The translations under genes and the position numbers were made by a program. A stretch of DNA of 64,000 bases from Candidatus Buchananbacteria bacterium (GTDB lineage: Bacteria; Patescibacteriota; Patescibacteriia; 2-01-FULL-39-33), in contig JBAYFY010000002.1 of the NCBI GenBank assembly GCA_041666945.1, positions 64,701 to 128,700 of the forward strand. The letters are read 5' to 3'. Positions 26,136-35,188 of the stretch are shown piece by piece (the first letter of the stretch is position 1; every line of letters begins with the position of its first letter). The notes under the pieces are model-generated. The model did no database searches. It was not told where the DNA came from and saw only the letters and a program-made list of their open reading frames with translations.

Positions 26136-26890
26136 TCAGGGAAAAACCCGACGGCATGATACTGGCGGCGCGTTACGCGTTTATGCCCAACAAGCTGCGT
26201 TATTGCGGCGGCGACAGGAACTCACAGCTGTTTTCCTATGTCTCCGCCGGTTTCAGCGACGGAGGATTGGGCGAACTGTTGGAAGAATTCGATACCATGT
26301 TTCCTTACGTCAGTTTTATCGCTCACGCCAACAAGATCGCCGATCCTTTTGATTATCGCGTGGTGGAAGCGTATTGGATCGGCAACGATTTGCTTGATCG
26401 GATTGATTTCAACGCTTTTTATCGTTACATGGTGGACATTCAGCGCTTGCCCAAATCCTACAAGCCGGAATTGGCGGAAAAGATCTACGGCAAAATCCCT
26501 TTGGGCGCCAAACCGCACCACTCTTGGCACGTATTCAATATTCCCAAACGCATGGGACCGAACGCGCTGGAATACACTATTGCCACCATGGACGATTGCC
26601 GCATCAGTTGGGCCAAGGTGCTGAAGTCCGATCCGGTCGCTGACGGGCTGCTTAAAAAAATCAAAGTGGAATGCCGGCCTTTGCAATATCTTAACAATCA
26701 ATTGATCCTGGGCGAACCGCAAGAGAAAGAAGTTTGGTTTGAATACGGGAATAAGAGCTTTACCGGGCCGCTTCAAGCCGGAGATCTGATAACTTTGCAT
26801 TGGAACTGGGCGTGCGACCGCATTTCCGAGGAACAAAAGAATAATTTGGAAAAATGGACGCGTCATAATTTAAAACTGGCCAATTTATGA
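26132..26890 (+). CDS. Hypothetical protein embedded in the hydrogenase cluster
   Basis: Translationally coupled to hypC and to the small-subunit gene. No recognisable motif. Confidence 0.6.
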   Translation: MIREKPDGMILAARYAFMPNKLRYCGGDRNSQLFSYVSAGFSDGGLGELLEEFDTMFPYVSFIAHANKIADPFDYRVVEAYWIGNDLLDRIDFNAFYRYMVDIQRLPKSYKPELAEKIYGKIPLGAKPHHSWHVFNIPKRMGPNALEYTIATMDDCRISWAKVLKSDPVADGLLKKIKVECRPLQYLNNQLILGEPQEKEVWFEYGNKSFTGPLQAGDLITLHWNWACDRISEEQKNNLEKWTRHNLKLANL

Positions 26891-27708
26891 AAGCTAAAAA
26901 ACCAAAACTCGCCATTGTCGGCTTAACTTCCTGCGAGGGCTGCCAATTTGTCATCTTGGATCAAGGCAAAAAGTTTTTGGATTTGTTAAAAAAATTCGAA
27001 GTTGAAGAGTTCCGTTTGCTGGAAGACGATCCCATGCCGTCCGGACGATACGATATTTGCCTGGTTGAAGGCAATCCGATTACCAAGGATAATTTTCGTT
27101 TGCTTAGAGAAATGCGCGAGCGTTCCAAGTTTTTGATCGTTTTGGGCAATTGCGCGGCGTTAGGCGGAGTTTGGGAAATCAAGAATTATCAGGATAAGAA
27201 AAAAACCATCAGATACGTTTACAGCCAGTCCGCTAAAGTGGAGAACCCCGATATTAAAGAAGTGGATAATTTTGTCAAAGTGGATTTGACTATTCCCGGA
27301 TGCCCCATAACCGGCGGAGAGATGCTGGAAATGATTTATCAGCTTTTGTCCGGCAAGGTGCCGCGAATTCCGCCAAGCCCCGTGTGTTGGGAGTGCCAGG
27401 TTAATGGTTATGAATGCTTGTTGCAAAAAGGCCTGATCTGCCTGGGGCCGGTTACTCTGGGCGGCTGCGAGGCGGTGTGCCTGAAGAGCAAACAGCCGTG
27501 CTGGGGTTGCCGCGGGCTGTTTGAGGGCGCGCAGGTCAAGAATCATCTTAACCATCTGACAGCCAATTTCCCGCGCCAGCAGGTTTATCGCGTGATGGAG
27601 GTTTTTGGCGCGCGCGATTCAATTTTAAAATCATTAGTTAAAAATAAAACTAAAAAGATTAACAAGACAATTAAGAAAAAAAATTATGACAGTAGAAACC
27701 AGGGATAG
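26887..27708 (+). CDS. [NiFe] hydrogenase small subunit (group 3b delta-like)
   Basis: LAIVGLTSCEGC and GNCAALGG; the NADH-ubiquinone oxidoreductase 20 kDa-like fold with distal Fe-S cysteines. Confidence 0.85.
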   Translation: MKAKKPKLAIVGLTSCEGCQFVILDQGKKFLDLLKKFEVEEFRLLEDDPMPSGRYDICLVEGNPITKDNFRLLREMRERSKFLIVLGNCAALGGVWEIKNYQDKKKTIRYVYSQSAKVENPDIKEVDNFVKVDLTIPGCPITGGEMLEMIYQLLSGKVPRIPPSPVCWECQVNGYECLLQKGLICLGPVTLGGCEAVCLKSKQPCWGCRGLFEGAQVKNHLNHLTANFPRQQVYRVMEVFGARDSILKSLVKNKTKKINKTIKKKNYDSRNQG

Positions 27709-27940
27709 GACGGAGGAGGAACTATCGGCTCGCAATCAGGTGCAGAGGGAGTTATTGGGCAAGTACTTGGAGGAGGGTAAATTGAGCGCCACCGATCCCG
27801 AAGCCATGAGCAAAATTTTCAGACAGATAAGCGACATTTTGGATGGCGCTGATTCGGCTTACGACAGTATTCGCGCTGCTTTTAAGTCAGGCGATCACCA
27901 AGCTACGGTTGACATGCTAAAAACCGTAATTAAAGTGTAA
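27686..27940 (+). CDS. Hypothetical small acidic protein between the hydrogenase subunits
   Basis: 84 aa ORF that overlaps the small-subunit 3' end in another frame. Confidence 0.4.
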   Translation: MTVETRDRTEEELSARNQVQRELLGKYLEEGKLSATDPEAMSKIFRQISDILDGADSAYDSIRAAFKSGDHQATVDMLKTVIKV

Positions 27941-27952
27941 ATATTTTTGTCT

Positions 27953-29251
27953 ATGCAAATAAAAGTCAATCATATCGGCAAGATGGAAGGGCATTCCGAT
28001 TTTGTGGCCGAAATCATCAAAGGCAAAGTGTCTTCAGCCAAATTAATGACTACTGAAGGCGCGCGTTTGATTGAGGGGATTCTGGTCGGCCGGAATTTTG
28101 ACGAGGCGCCGATTATTACCGCCCGCATCTGCGGCATTTGTCCGGTGGTGCACAAGGTTTCCTCGGTCAAATCGCTGGAGAACGCCCTGGGGATTGAGCC
28201 GAGCCGGCAGACGGTCAAATTAAGAAAAGCCATGCTGTGCGCTCAATTGATCCACAGCCATGCTTTGCATTTGTTTTTTTTGTCCTTGCCTGATTTTTTT
28301 GATATCACCAATGACTTGCAATTCATTGGCCAGTACAAAAAAGAAACCGAAAGCGCCATCAGGGTGCGCGATTGGGCGCTAAAGACGATTGAAGTCATCG
28401 GCGGGCGAGCCGTGCATCCGATTGCCTGCGAAGTGGGCGGCTTTAAGGTATTGCCGGAAAAAGCCGAATTAAAAAATCTCGCCGAGCGGTATCAATCCGT
28501 TTTAAAGGATGCTTTGGTTTTGGTTAATATGGTGTTAAAAATCAATCTGCCCAAATTCAGCCGCTCTACGACTTTTGTCGCCTTGACTCACGGCGACGAG
28601 TACGCTTATTATGGGGGCGACTTGAAGGTGTTATATCCTAACGGCAAAACCAAGGTAATTAAAGCCGGGGACTTCACAAAGAATATCAAAGAGATTGAAG
28701 AACCGTATCGCGCCGCCAAGTCGGCCAAACTGGACGGCAAGCCGTTTATGGTCGGCGCTTTGGCGCGCCTTAACATTAACCACGGCAAACTAAACCCCTT
28801 GGCGGCCGGAATATTCAAAAGCTTGAATTGGCGTTTGCCCCAATACAATACTTTCAACAACATCATTTGCCAGGCGGTGGAGATAGTCCATTTTACAGAG
28901 GAGCTGAACCGCTTGCTGAAGGAATTGGCGGCGGAATTAAAGCCGGAAACCAGCCGCGGCCAAGGGCTTGATCTTATCGCTCGCGCCAATCCGCTGGGCC
29001 GCGCCACCTCGGGCGTTGACGCTTGCGAGGCGCCGCGCGGCACGCTGTATCATGCTTACAAACTTGATAAAAACGGTTTGATTACCGATTGTCAGATTAT
29101 TACCCCGACCGTATCTTTTTTGAAAAACTTGGAAGCCGACATTAAGGAATACTTGCCCGGCATCAAGGATATGCCGGAAAAAAAACGCGCCATCAGGATC
29201 CGCGCCCTTATCCGCGCTTATGATCCGTGTATTAGTTGCGCGACTCATTAA
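27953..29251 (+). CDS. [NiFe] hydrogenase large subunit (group 3b alpha-like)
   Basis: The L1 motif RICGICPVVH and the C-terminal L2 motif DPCISCATH. The protein ends at the His with no cleavable extension. The ATG is at 27953; the listed 27947 codon is TTG. Confidence 0.9.
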   Translation: MQIKVNHIGKMEGHSDFVAEIIKGKVSSAKLMTTEGARLIEGILVGRNFDEAPIITARICGICPVVHKVSSVKSLENALGIEPSRQTVKLRKAMLCAQLIHSHALHLFFLSLPDFFDITNDLQFIGQYKKETESAIRVRDWALKTIEVIGGRAVHPIACEVGGFKVLPEKAELKNLAERYQSVLKDALVLVNMVLKINLPKFSRSTTFVALTHGDEYAYYGGDLKVLYPNGKTKVIKAGDFTKNIKEIEEPYRAAKSAKLDGKPFMVGALARLNINHGKLNPLAAGIFKSLNWRLPQYNTFNNIICQAVEIVHFTEELNRLLKELAAELKPETSRGQGLDLIARANPLGRATSGVDACEAPRGTLYHAYKLDKNGLITDCQIITPTVSFLKNLEADIKEYLPGIKDMPEKKRAIRIRALIRAYDPCISCATH

Positions 29252-29271
29252 TTATAAAAACAAAAACATTT

Positions 29272-29526
29272 ATGCATGATTTTCATTTGGCTGACACGAT
29301 ATACAAAGCGATTATTGAGGAAGCCGAAAAAAACAATTTAAAAAAAATCGCCAAAGCGGCGATTGAATTGGGCGTTATCGTTGAACATGGCGAAGAAGTC
29401 CTGCCGGAAAATTTGGATTTTAACATTAAGATGCTGGCCCGGGGCGGCCCGGCCGAGGGGATAGAATTGGCGATCACTAAAGTCGCCGGCGGAAATTGGA
29501 TATTAAAAGAGATTGAGGGGGAATAA
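29272..29526 (+). CDS. HypA-like protein lacking the zinc-finger cysteines
   Basis: Starts MHDFHLADTIYKAIIEEAEK, which resembles the HypA N-terminal Ni-binding MHE motif, but there is no CxxC pair. Confidence 0.4.
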   Translation: MHDFHLADTIYKAIIEEAEKNNLKKIAKAAIELGVIVEHGEEVLPENLDFNIKMLARGGPAEGIELAITKVAGGNWILKEIEGE

Positions 29527-29584
29527 AAAACGGCCGGCGGTAAGTCGCGGGCCGATTGAAGTTCTTATTTCTTTCCCCCCCAGT

Positions 29585-29896
29585 TCAAAATAATGGGGGC
29601 AATAGAGGGGAAAAGAAACTGTCAAGATTTTCCCTCGTACGTTTAATTATTAATCGTCGGAAGTTTTCAGCTTCTTCTTTGGTGGCTGGCCGCAATGTTC
29701 CGTATTTTCTCTCCAATATTTCAAATAACTGACCGGGTTGTTTGAATCGCGAATGAGTCAGCAATTTTCCGTTTCCAGTGAATACGATGGCTGTATTTTC
29801 TTCCCTCCCCACCGAATCAATTTTAATGAAATGTTCTATTCCCCAACCACCACGAGCAATGAGATATTGTCCGGCTCGCAAATTTCCAGCTTTCAT
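29585..29896 (-). CDS. Hypothetical protein (103 aa)
   Basis: An AGGAGGA Shine-Dalgarno sits 7 nt upstream of the ATG. Confidence 0.55.
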   Translation of the reverse strand: MKAGNLRAGQYLIARGGWGIEHFIKIDSVGREENTAIVFTGNGKLLTHSRFKQPGQLFEILERKYGTLRPATKEEAENFRRLIIKRTRENLDSFFSPLLPPLF

Positions 29897-30062
29897 TACA
29901 ATTCCTCCTGTTGTTTGGTTCTTGAAATGGCTAAACGAATATGTTTGCAGTTTGAATTATAATCGTAATTATATTAGGTATTTTTGTTTTTGTCAATGAC
30001 TTTTATTTGTAAGTATAAAAAATATTTAAAATAAGGTAAAATATAGCCATATAAAAACTTCT

Positions 30063-31244
30063 ATGAAAGTTAAATCCATTCGGGAGGTGGAAAATCTAAA
30101 AGGCAAGAGGGTGCTTATGCGCGCTGATTTTAACGTTCCGCTGATTAACGGCAGAGTCGGCCAAAGCGAGGATTTCCGCCTGGTCCGTACGGCGCCGACC
30201 ATTCAGTATCTGATTAAGAAGGGCGCCAAGGTGATTATAATGGCTCATCTCGGCCGTCCCGAAGGCAAGGTCAATTCTAAGTTCAGCTTAAGGCCGGTGG
30301 CTAAAAGATTGTCGCAAATTCTGAAGCAACAGGTAAAACTATCGCCGGAAATCATCGGCGCTAAGACGGATAAGCTGGCGAGCCAGATGAAAAACGGCGA
30401 AGTGTTGCTGTTGGAGAATGTCAGGTTTGATAAGCGCGAGGAAAAAGCGGATAAAAATTTTGCCCGGCAATTAGCCGGATTAGGCGACCTGTATGTCAAT
30501 GACGGCTTTGCCGTTTCTCATCGCGATCAGGCGTCGGTTTCTACAATTCAAGAATTTTTGCCGTCTTACGCGGGGCTTTTAATGGAGGATGAAATAAAAT
30601 ATTTGGGCGGCGTTTTAAAAAATCCCAAGCGGCCGCTCGTAGTGATTGTCGGCGGCGCCAAGATTTCCACCAAGATAAAAGTGATTAATAATTTCACTAA
30701 AGTCGCCAAGCGGATATTGCTGGGAGGCGCTTTGGCTAATACGGTGCTGAAAGTAATGGGTGTGTCAGTGGGCAAGTCAGCGGTTGAGCCGGAGATGTTT
30801 GCGGAAGTTAAAAAATTCAAACTGACGGACAATAAAATCGTGGTGCCGGTGGACGGCGTGATGGCTGACAAGTTTAACGCCAAGAAGGGGAGAATGGACG
30901 CTTTGGCCGACATCAATCCGGAGGAGTTAATTCTGGATATCGGCCCGGATACGGTCAAGCTCTATGAAAATATTTTAAAGTCGGCTAAAATGGTAATGTG
31001 GAACGGGCCGATGGGATTGATAGAAAATCCCGTTTTCGCTTCAGGCACTAAAAATTTGATTAAGATTCTGGCTGCCTCGCGAGCCGAGACCGTTGTCGGC
31101 GGCGGCGAGACCGTGCAGATGATCCGCAAAATGAAACTGGAAAACAAATTCAGTTTTATTTCCACCGGCGGGGGAGCGATGTTGGAATTTCTGGAAGGGA
31201 AGAAATTGCCGGGGCTGAAGAATATAGTAATACGTAACAAGTAA
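30063..31244 (+). CDS. pgk: Phosphoglycerate kinase
   Basis: RADFNVP, MAHLGRP, and full-length PGK motifs. Confidence 0.95.
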   Translation: MKVKSIREVENLKGKRVLMRADFNVPLINGRVGQSEDFRLVRTAPTIQYLIKKGAKVIIMAHLGRPEGKVNSKFSLRPVAKRLSQILKQQVKLSPEIIGAKTDKLASQMKNGEVLLLENVRFDKREEKADKNFARQLAGLGDLYVNDGFAVSHRDQASVSTIQEFLPSYAGLLMEDEIKYLGGVLKNPKRPLVVIVGGAKISTKIKVINNFTKVAKRILLGGALANTVLKVMGVSVGKSAVEPEMFAEVKKFKLTDNKIVVPVDGVMADKFNAKKGRMDALADINPEELILDIGPDTVKLYENILKSAKMVMWNGPMGLIENPVFASGTKNLIKILAASRAETVVGGGETVQMIRKMKLENKFSFISTGGGAMLEFLEGKKLPGLKNIVIRNK

Positions 31245-31340
31245 ATGGAAAAAGAAATATTTTGTTTTTATCAGTTGGATACTTGGAAAAAAGCTCATTT
31301 TACTTATTACCTTTTACATATCACTTATTACTAACCTAAA
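31225..31340. repeat. GTAATACGTAACAAGTAA and TTACTTATTAC/ACTTATTAC motif copies flanking the pgk-SIMPL intergenic region
   Basis: The same motif family appears at 5548..5664. Here it overlaps the pgk stop codon and precedes the next ATG. Confidence 0.55.
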
Positions 31341-31343
31341 AAT

Positions 31344-32144
31344 ATGGAAAATCAAGGAATGTGCTGCACGCCGGAAGGCATGAATAAATGCCGTTGCGCC
31401 AAACATATCATTTTGGCGATTCTGGCGATCGTTTTAATCGTTTATGTGTGTTTTTTGACGCGCAATGCCTGGCGCACTTATGATTATATCGGCAAGTCGC
31501 CTGACATGATCAATCAAATCACCGTTACCGGCACGGCCAAAGTCAGCGCCACGCCCGATATCGCCGTGCTTTATCTGGGTGTCATCAATGAGGGCGCGAC
31601 CGTGAATCTGGCGCAAAAAGGCGTTACCGACAAAATGAATGCGATTATTGACTCGCTAAAAAAAGAATTCAAAATTGATGCCAAAGACATTAAGACGGAA
31701 AATTACAGTGTTAATCCCAAATACGATTGGACTGACGGTAAACAACGCATAATCGGCTACTCGGCCAATCAAAGCGTTACCGTCAAAGTCAGGGATTTTG
31801 ACAAGACCGGCAATATTTTGGCTAAAGCCACCGAGCTTGGCGCCAATACCGTTTCCGGCCCGACTTTTTCCATTGACGATCCGGAAAAAGCTAAAGCCGA
31901 AGCCAGAGAAAAGGCCATCGCCCAAGCCAAAGCCAAGGCCAAATTGCTGGCTGATCAAGTCGGCATAAAATTGGGCCGCATCGTGAATTTCTACGAAGGC
32001 GGTTTGGAAACGCCAAACGCGGTTTATAGCCGCGATGCCATGGCTATGGGCGCAGCCGAAGCCAAAACCGTTTCGGCGCCGACGATTGAACCCGGCAGCC
32101 AGGAAATACAATTGACCGTCAGCATTAGCTACGAAATCAAATAA
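31344..32144 (+). CDS. SIMPL/DUF541 domain periplasmic protein
   Basis: N-terminal transmembrane helix, then the ITVTGTAKVSATPDIA SIMPL fold signature. Confidence 0.75.
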   Translation: MENQGMCCTPEGMNKCRCAKHIILAILAIVLIVYVCFLTRNAWRTYDYIGKSPDMINQITVTGTAKVSATPDIAVLYLGVINEGATVNLAQKGVTDKMNAIIDSLKKEFKIDAKDIKTENYSVNPKYDWTDGKQRIIGYSANQSVTVKVRDFDKTGNILAKATELGANTVSGPTFSIDDPEKAKAEAREKAIAQAKAKAKLLADQVGIKLGRIVNFYEGGLETPNAVYSRDAMAMGAAEAKTVSAPTIEPGSQEIQLTVSISYEIK

Positions 32145-32151
32145 TCATATT

Positions 32152-33411
32152 ATGGCTAAGATAACATCAGTCAAAGCGCGGGAAATTTTGGATTCGCGCG
32201 GCAATCCGACAGTGGAAGTGGAGGTGGTTTTAGACAACGGCAAAAAGGCCTGGGCTGGAGTGCCCTCCGGGGCCTCTACGGGCTCGCGTGAGGCCTTGGA
32301 ACTTCGGGATGGCGATAAACGGCGGTATGGCGGATTGGGTGTGTTAAAAGCCGTCAGTAATGTAAACAAAATCATCGCGCCTAAATTGAAGGGACTGGAC
32401 CCGACCAAACAAAAAGAAATTGATTCGCTCCTGATTAAATTAGATGGTACGGAAAATAAATCCAAGCTCGGCGCCAATGCTTTACTGGGCGTTTCCCTGG
32501 CCGTGGCCCGTGTCGCCGCTCTCACCCGGAAAAAACCGCTGTACGCTTATTTGCATCAAAAATATTGGAACGGCGGTAAAATATCTTTCCCTGTGCCCAT
32601 GATGAATATTATGAACGGTGGCGCGCATGCCGGTTGGTCTATTGATATTCAGGAATTCATGATTATGCCGCAACAAAAAAATATCAAAGAAGCAATCCGT
32701 TGCGGCGCGGAAATTTTTCACGCGCTTAAAAAACTTTTAGCCAAAGCCGGTTATCCAGTAACAGTCGGTGACGAGGGCGGTTATGCGCCTAAGCTCGGCG
32801 GCAATGAAAAAGCCATCGGTCTGATTGTTTCTGCCATTGCCGCGGCGGGATACAAGCCCGGCCGGGATGTAAAAATTTCCATTGATTCTGCCGCCTCGGA
32901 ATTTTTTGACGCTAAGGACAATAACTATGACATGAAAGCCGACAGAAAGACCAGAACCTCGGCGGCAATGATCAAGTTATACGGCGACTGGGTCAAAAAG
33001 TATCCGATTGAGTTGTTGGAAGATGGCTTGGCCGAAGGGGATTGGGACGGCTGGGCCGCGCTCACCAAGGCCTTAGGCAGAAAAATCGTCTTGGTTGGCG
33101 ATGATTTGTTCGTGACCAACCCTAAGATTTTAAAAGAAGGCATTAAGAGAAAAGTGGCTAACGCGATTTTAATCAAGCTCAATCAAATCGGTACGGTAAC
33201 TGAAACGGTGGAAGCAATGAAACTGGCGCAAAAAAACAAATACAAACTGGCGGTCAGCCACAGAAGCGGCGAAACTCCTGATGATTTCATCGCCGATTTG
33301 GCCGTGGCTTCCGGCGCTGAATACATCAAAACCGGCTCGTTAAGCCGCGGTGAACGGATTGCCAAATACAATCGTTTGATGGAAATTTGGGAGGAACTTG
33401 GTCGGAAGTAA
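32152..33411 (+). CDS. eno: Enolase
   Basis: Full-length enolase, including the SHRSGETED-like motif SHRSGETPD. Confidence 0.95.
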   Translation: MAKITSVKAREILDSRGNPTVEVEVVLDNGKKAWAGVPSGASTGSREALELRDGDKRRYGGLGVLKAVSNVNKIIAPKLKGLDPTKQKEIDSLLIKLDGTENKSKLGANALLGVSLAVARVAALTRKKPLYAYLHQKYWNGGKISFPVPMMNIMNGGAHAGWSIDIQEFMIMPQQKNIKEAIRCGAEIFHALKKLLAKAGYPVTVGDEGGYAPKLGGNEKAIGLIVSAIAAAGYKPGRDVKISIDSAASEFFDAKDNNYDMKADRKTRTSAAMIKLYGDWVKKYPIELLEDGLAEGDWDGWAALTKALGRKIVLVGDDLFVTNPKILKEGIKRKVANAILIKLNQIGTVTETVEAMKLAQKNKYKLAVSHRSGETPDDFIADLAVASGAEYIKTGSLSRGERIAKYNRLMEIWEELGRK

Positions 33412-33412
33412 T

Positions 33413-33566
33413 AGGCAATAAGTAACAGGTAACAGGTGAAAAGAAAGGGGATTGCATCCCTTTTCTTTTTTGTAATAATTATGTTATAATATAGGGGTAA
33501 TTATTTTGTCGTTTTTTTAATGTCTTTGCTTGTTACTTTATTACTCATTACTTGTTACTATCAGTA
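33413..33566. repeat. GGCAATAAGTAACAGGTAACAGG and TTACTTTATTACTCATTACTTGTTAC motif copies in the eno-gpmI intergenic region
   Basis: Members of the GTAAYAAGTAA/TTACTTATTAC family in opposite orientations, giving hairpin potential. Confidence 0.55.
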
Positions 33567-33568
33567 AA

Positions 33569-35140
33569 ATGCCAGTAAAATCAAAAAAAACAAACAAGCC
33601 GATTAGCAAGGTTATTCTTCTAATCCTCGATGGTTGGGGAATCGGCAAAAAAGACGGCTCCAACCCTATTTTTTTGGCTAAACCAAAATTCATTGATTCT
33701 TTGTATAAAAAATATCCCTGGACTGAATTGTCCGCCGCCGGCAAATACGTCGGTTTGCCGCCGAATCAAGTGGGCAACTCCGAAGCCGGCCATATGAATT
33801 TGGGCGCCGGACGCATCGCCGACCAAGACGTGGTTAAGATTTCCAAAAACATCAGTACGGGAGAATTTTTCAAAAACCCCGCTTTTTTGTCGGCCGTAAA
33901 TCACGTCAAAAAAAACCGATCCGCTTTGCATCTGATGGGCATGTTAAGCAACGGCCAGAGTCCCCATAGCGATCTTGATCATGTTTTGGCGCTTCTGACC
34001 TTGACTAGAAAATATTCAGTGAAAAAAGTTTATCTGCATCTGTTTACCGACGGCCGCGATTCTCCGCCGCTGTCTTCGCTTAAATTAATCATGGCTTTGG
34101 AGCGGTCGCTTCAGCCCAATGAGATTATAGCCACCGTTATCGGCCGATTTTTTGCCATGGATCGCAAAAAGGTTTGGGCTCGCACTATTAGGGCTTATAA
34201 CGCCATGACCGACGGCCGGCGCATGCATTATGCCGACAGCCCGCAAGACGGCATTAGCCGCGCTTATAATGCCGGAGTATCCGATGAATTCATTGAACCG
34301 ATTGTCATCAGACAGAAAGGCAAGTTGACGCCGCGCGTCAGCGACAATGACGCCATTATTTTTTTTAATTTGCGTAGCGATCGCGCCCGGCAACTGGCCA
34401 AGCCGTTTGTCCAGCATCAGTTTGAAGAAAAAAATCCCGGCTTTGTTAAACGCAAGCAAGTTTTGCAAAACATCGTTTTTGTGGCCATGACCGACTTCGG
34501 GCCGGATTTGGACAGCATCCTGACCGCTTTTCCTTCGGAGGATTTAAAAAACACTTTGCCCATGGTATTGAAAGATAAGAAACAGATTTATATCGCCGAA
34601 AGCGAAAAATACGCTCATGTAACCTTCTTCTTTAACGGCGGTTATGCCGATCCGGTAGCCGGAGAATCCAGGATTAATATCCCTTCGCCCCATGTGGACA
34701 GGTACGATAAGACGCCGGCCATGTCCACCCGGGAGATAACCGAGAAAGTCATCGCTTCGCTCAAAAAATACGACTTCATTTGCGCCAATATTGCTTGTCC
34801 GGATATGGTCGGCCACACCAGCAACATGGAAGCGGCGCAGAAGACGGTCAAGGCCGTTGACAAGTATGTCAAGCGAATCGCGGCGGCGGCGCTTAAGAAT
34901 AAGGCCGTTTTGCTGATTACCGCCGATCATGGTAACATTGAATATAAACTCAACTTGGAAACCAAAGAACGGCTGACCGAGCACACCGTTAATCCCGTGC
35001 CGTTTATCGTGGTGAGCGACAGCTTGGATAAATCATTGAAACTTAAACGGAACGGCGTTTTAGGCAATGTCGCTCCCACCGTTATTAAATTATTCGGTTT
35101 GAACAAACCGAAAGAAATGAGCAAAAACAGCCTTTTGTGA
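33569..35140 (+). CDS. gpmI: 2,3-bisphosphoglycerate-independent phosphoglycerate mutase, copy 1
   Basis: LILDGWG, SEAGHMNLGAG, and ADHGN. The start is the internal Met MPVKSKK, downstream of the repeat. Confidence 0.9.
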   Translation: MPVKSKKTNKPISKVILLILDGWGIGKKDGSNPIFLAKPKFIDSLYKKYPWTELSAAGKYVGLPPNQVGNSEAGHMNLGAGRIADQDVVKISKNISTGEFFKNPAFLSAVNHVKKNRSALHLMGMLSNGQSPHSDLDHVLALLTLTRKYSVKKVYLHLFTDGRDSPPLSSLKLIMALERSLQPNEIIATVIGRFFAMDRKKVWARTIRAYNAMTDGRRMHYADSPQDGISRAYNAGVSDEFIEPIVIRQKGKLTPRVSDNDAIIFFNLRSDRARQLAKPFVQHQFEEKNPGFVKRKQVLQNIVFVAMTDFGPDLDSILTAFPSEDLKNTLPMVLKDKKQIYIAESEKYAHVTFFFNGGYADPVAGESRINIPSPHVDRYDKTPAMSTREITEKVIASLKKYDFICANIACPDMVGHTSNMEAAQKTVKAVDKYVKRIAAAALKNKAVLLITADHGNIEYKLNLETKERLTEHTVNPVPFIVVSDSLDKSLKLKRNGVLGNVAPTVIKLFGLNKPKEMSKNSLL

Positions 35141-35188
35141 TTATCGGCGTTTTTTACACTTTAGTATTGCAATGACTATTATTAATTT

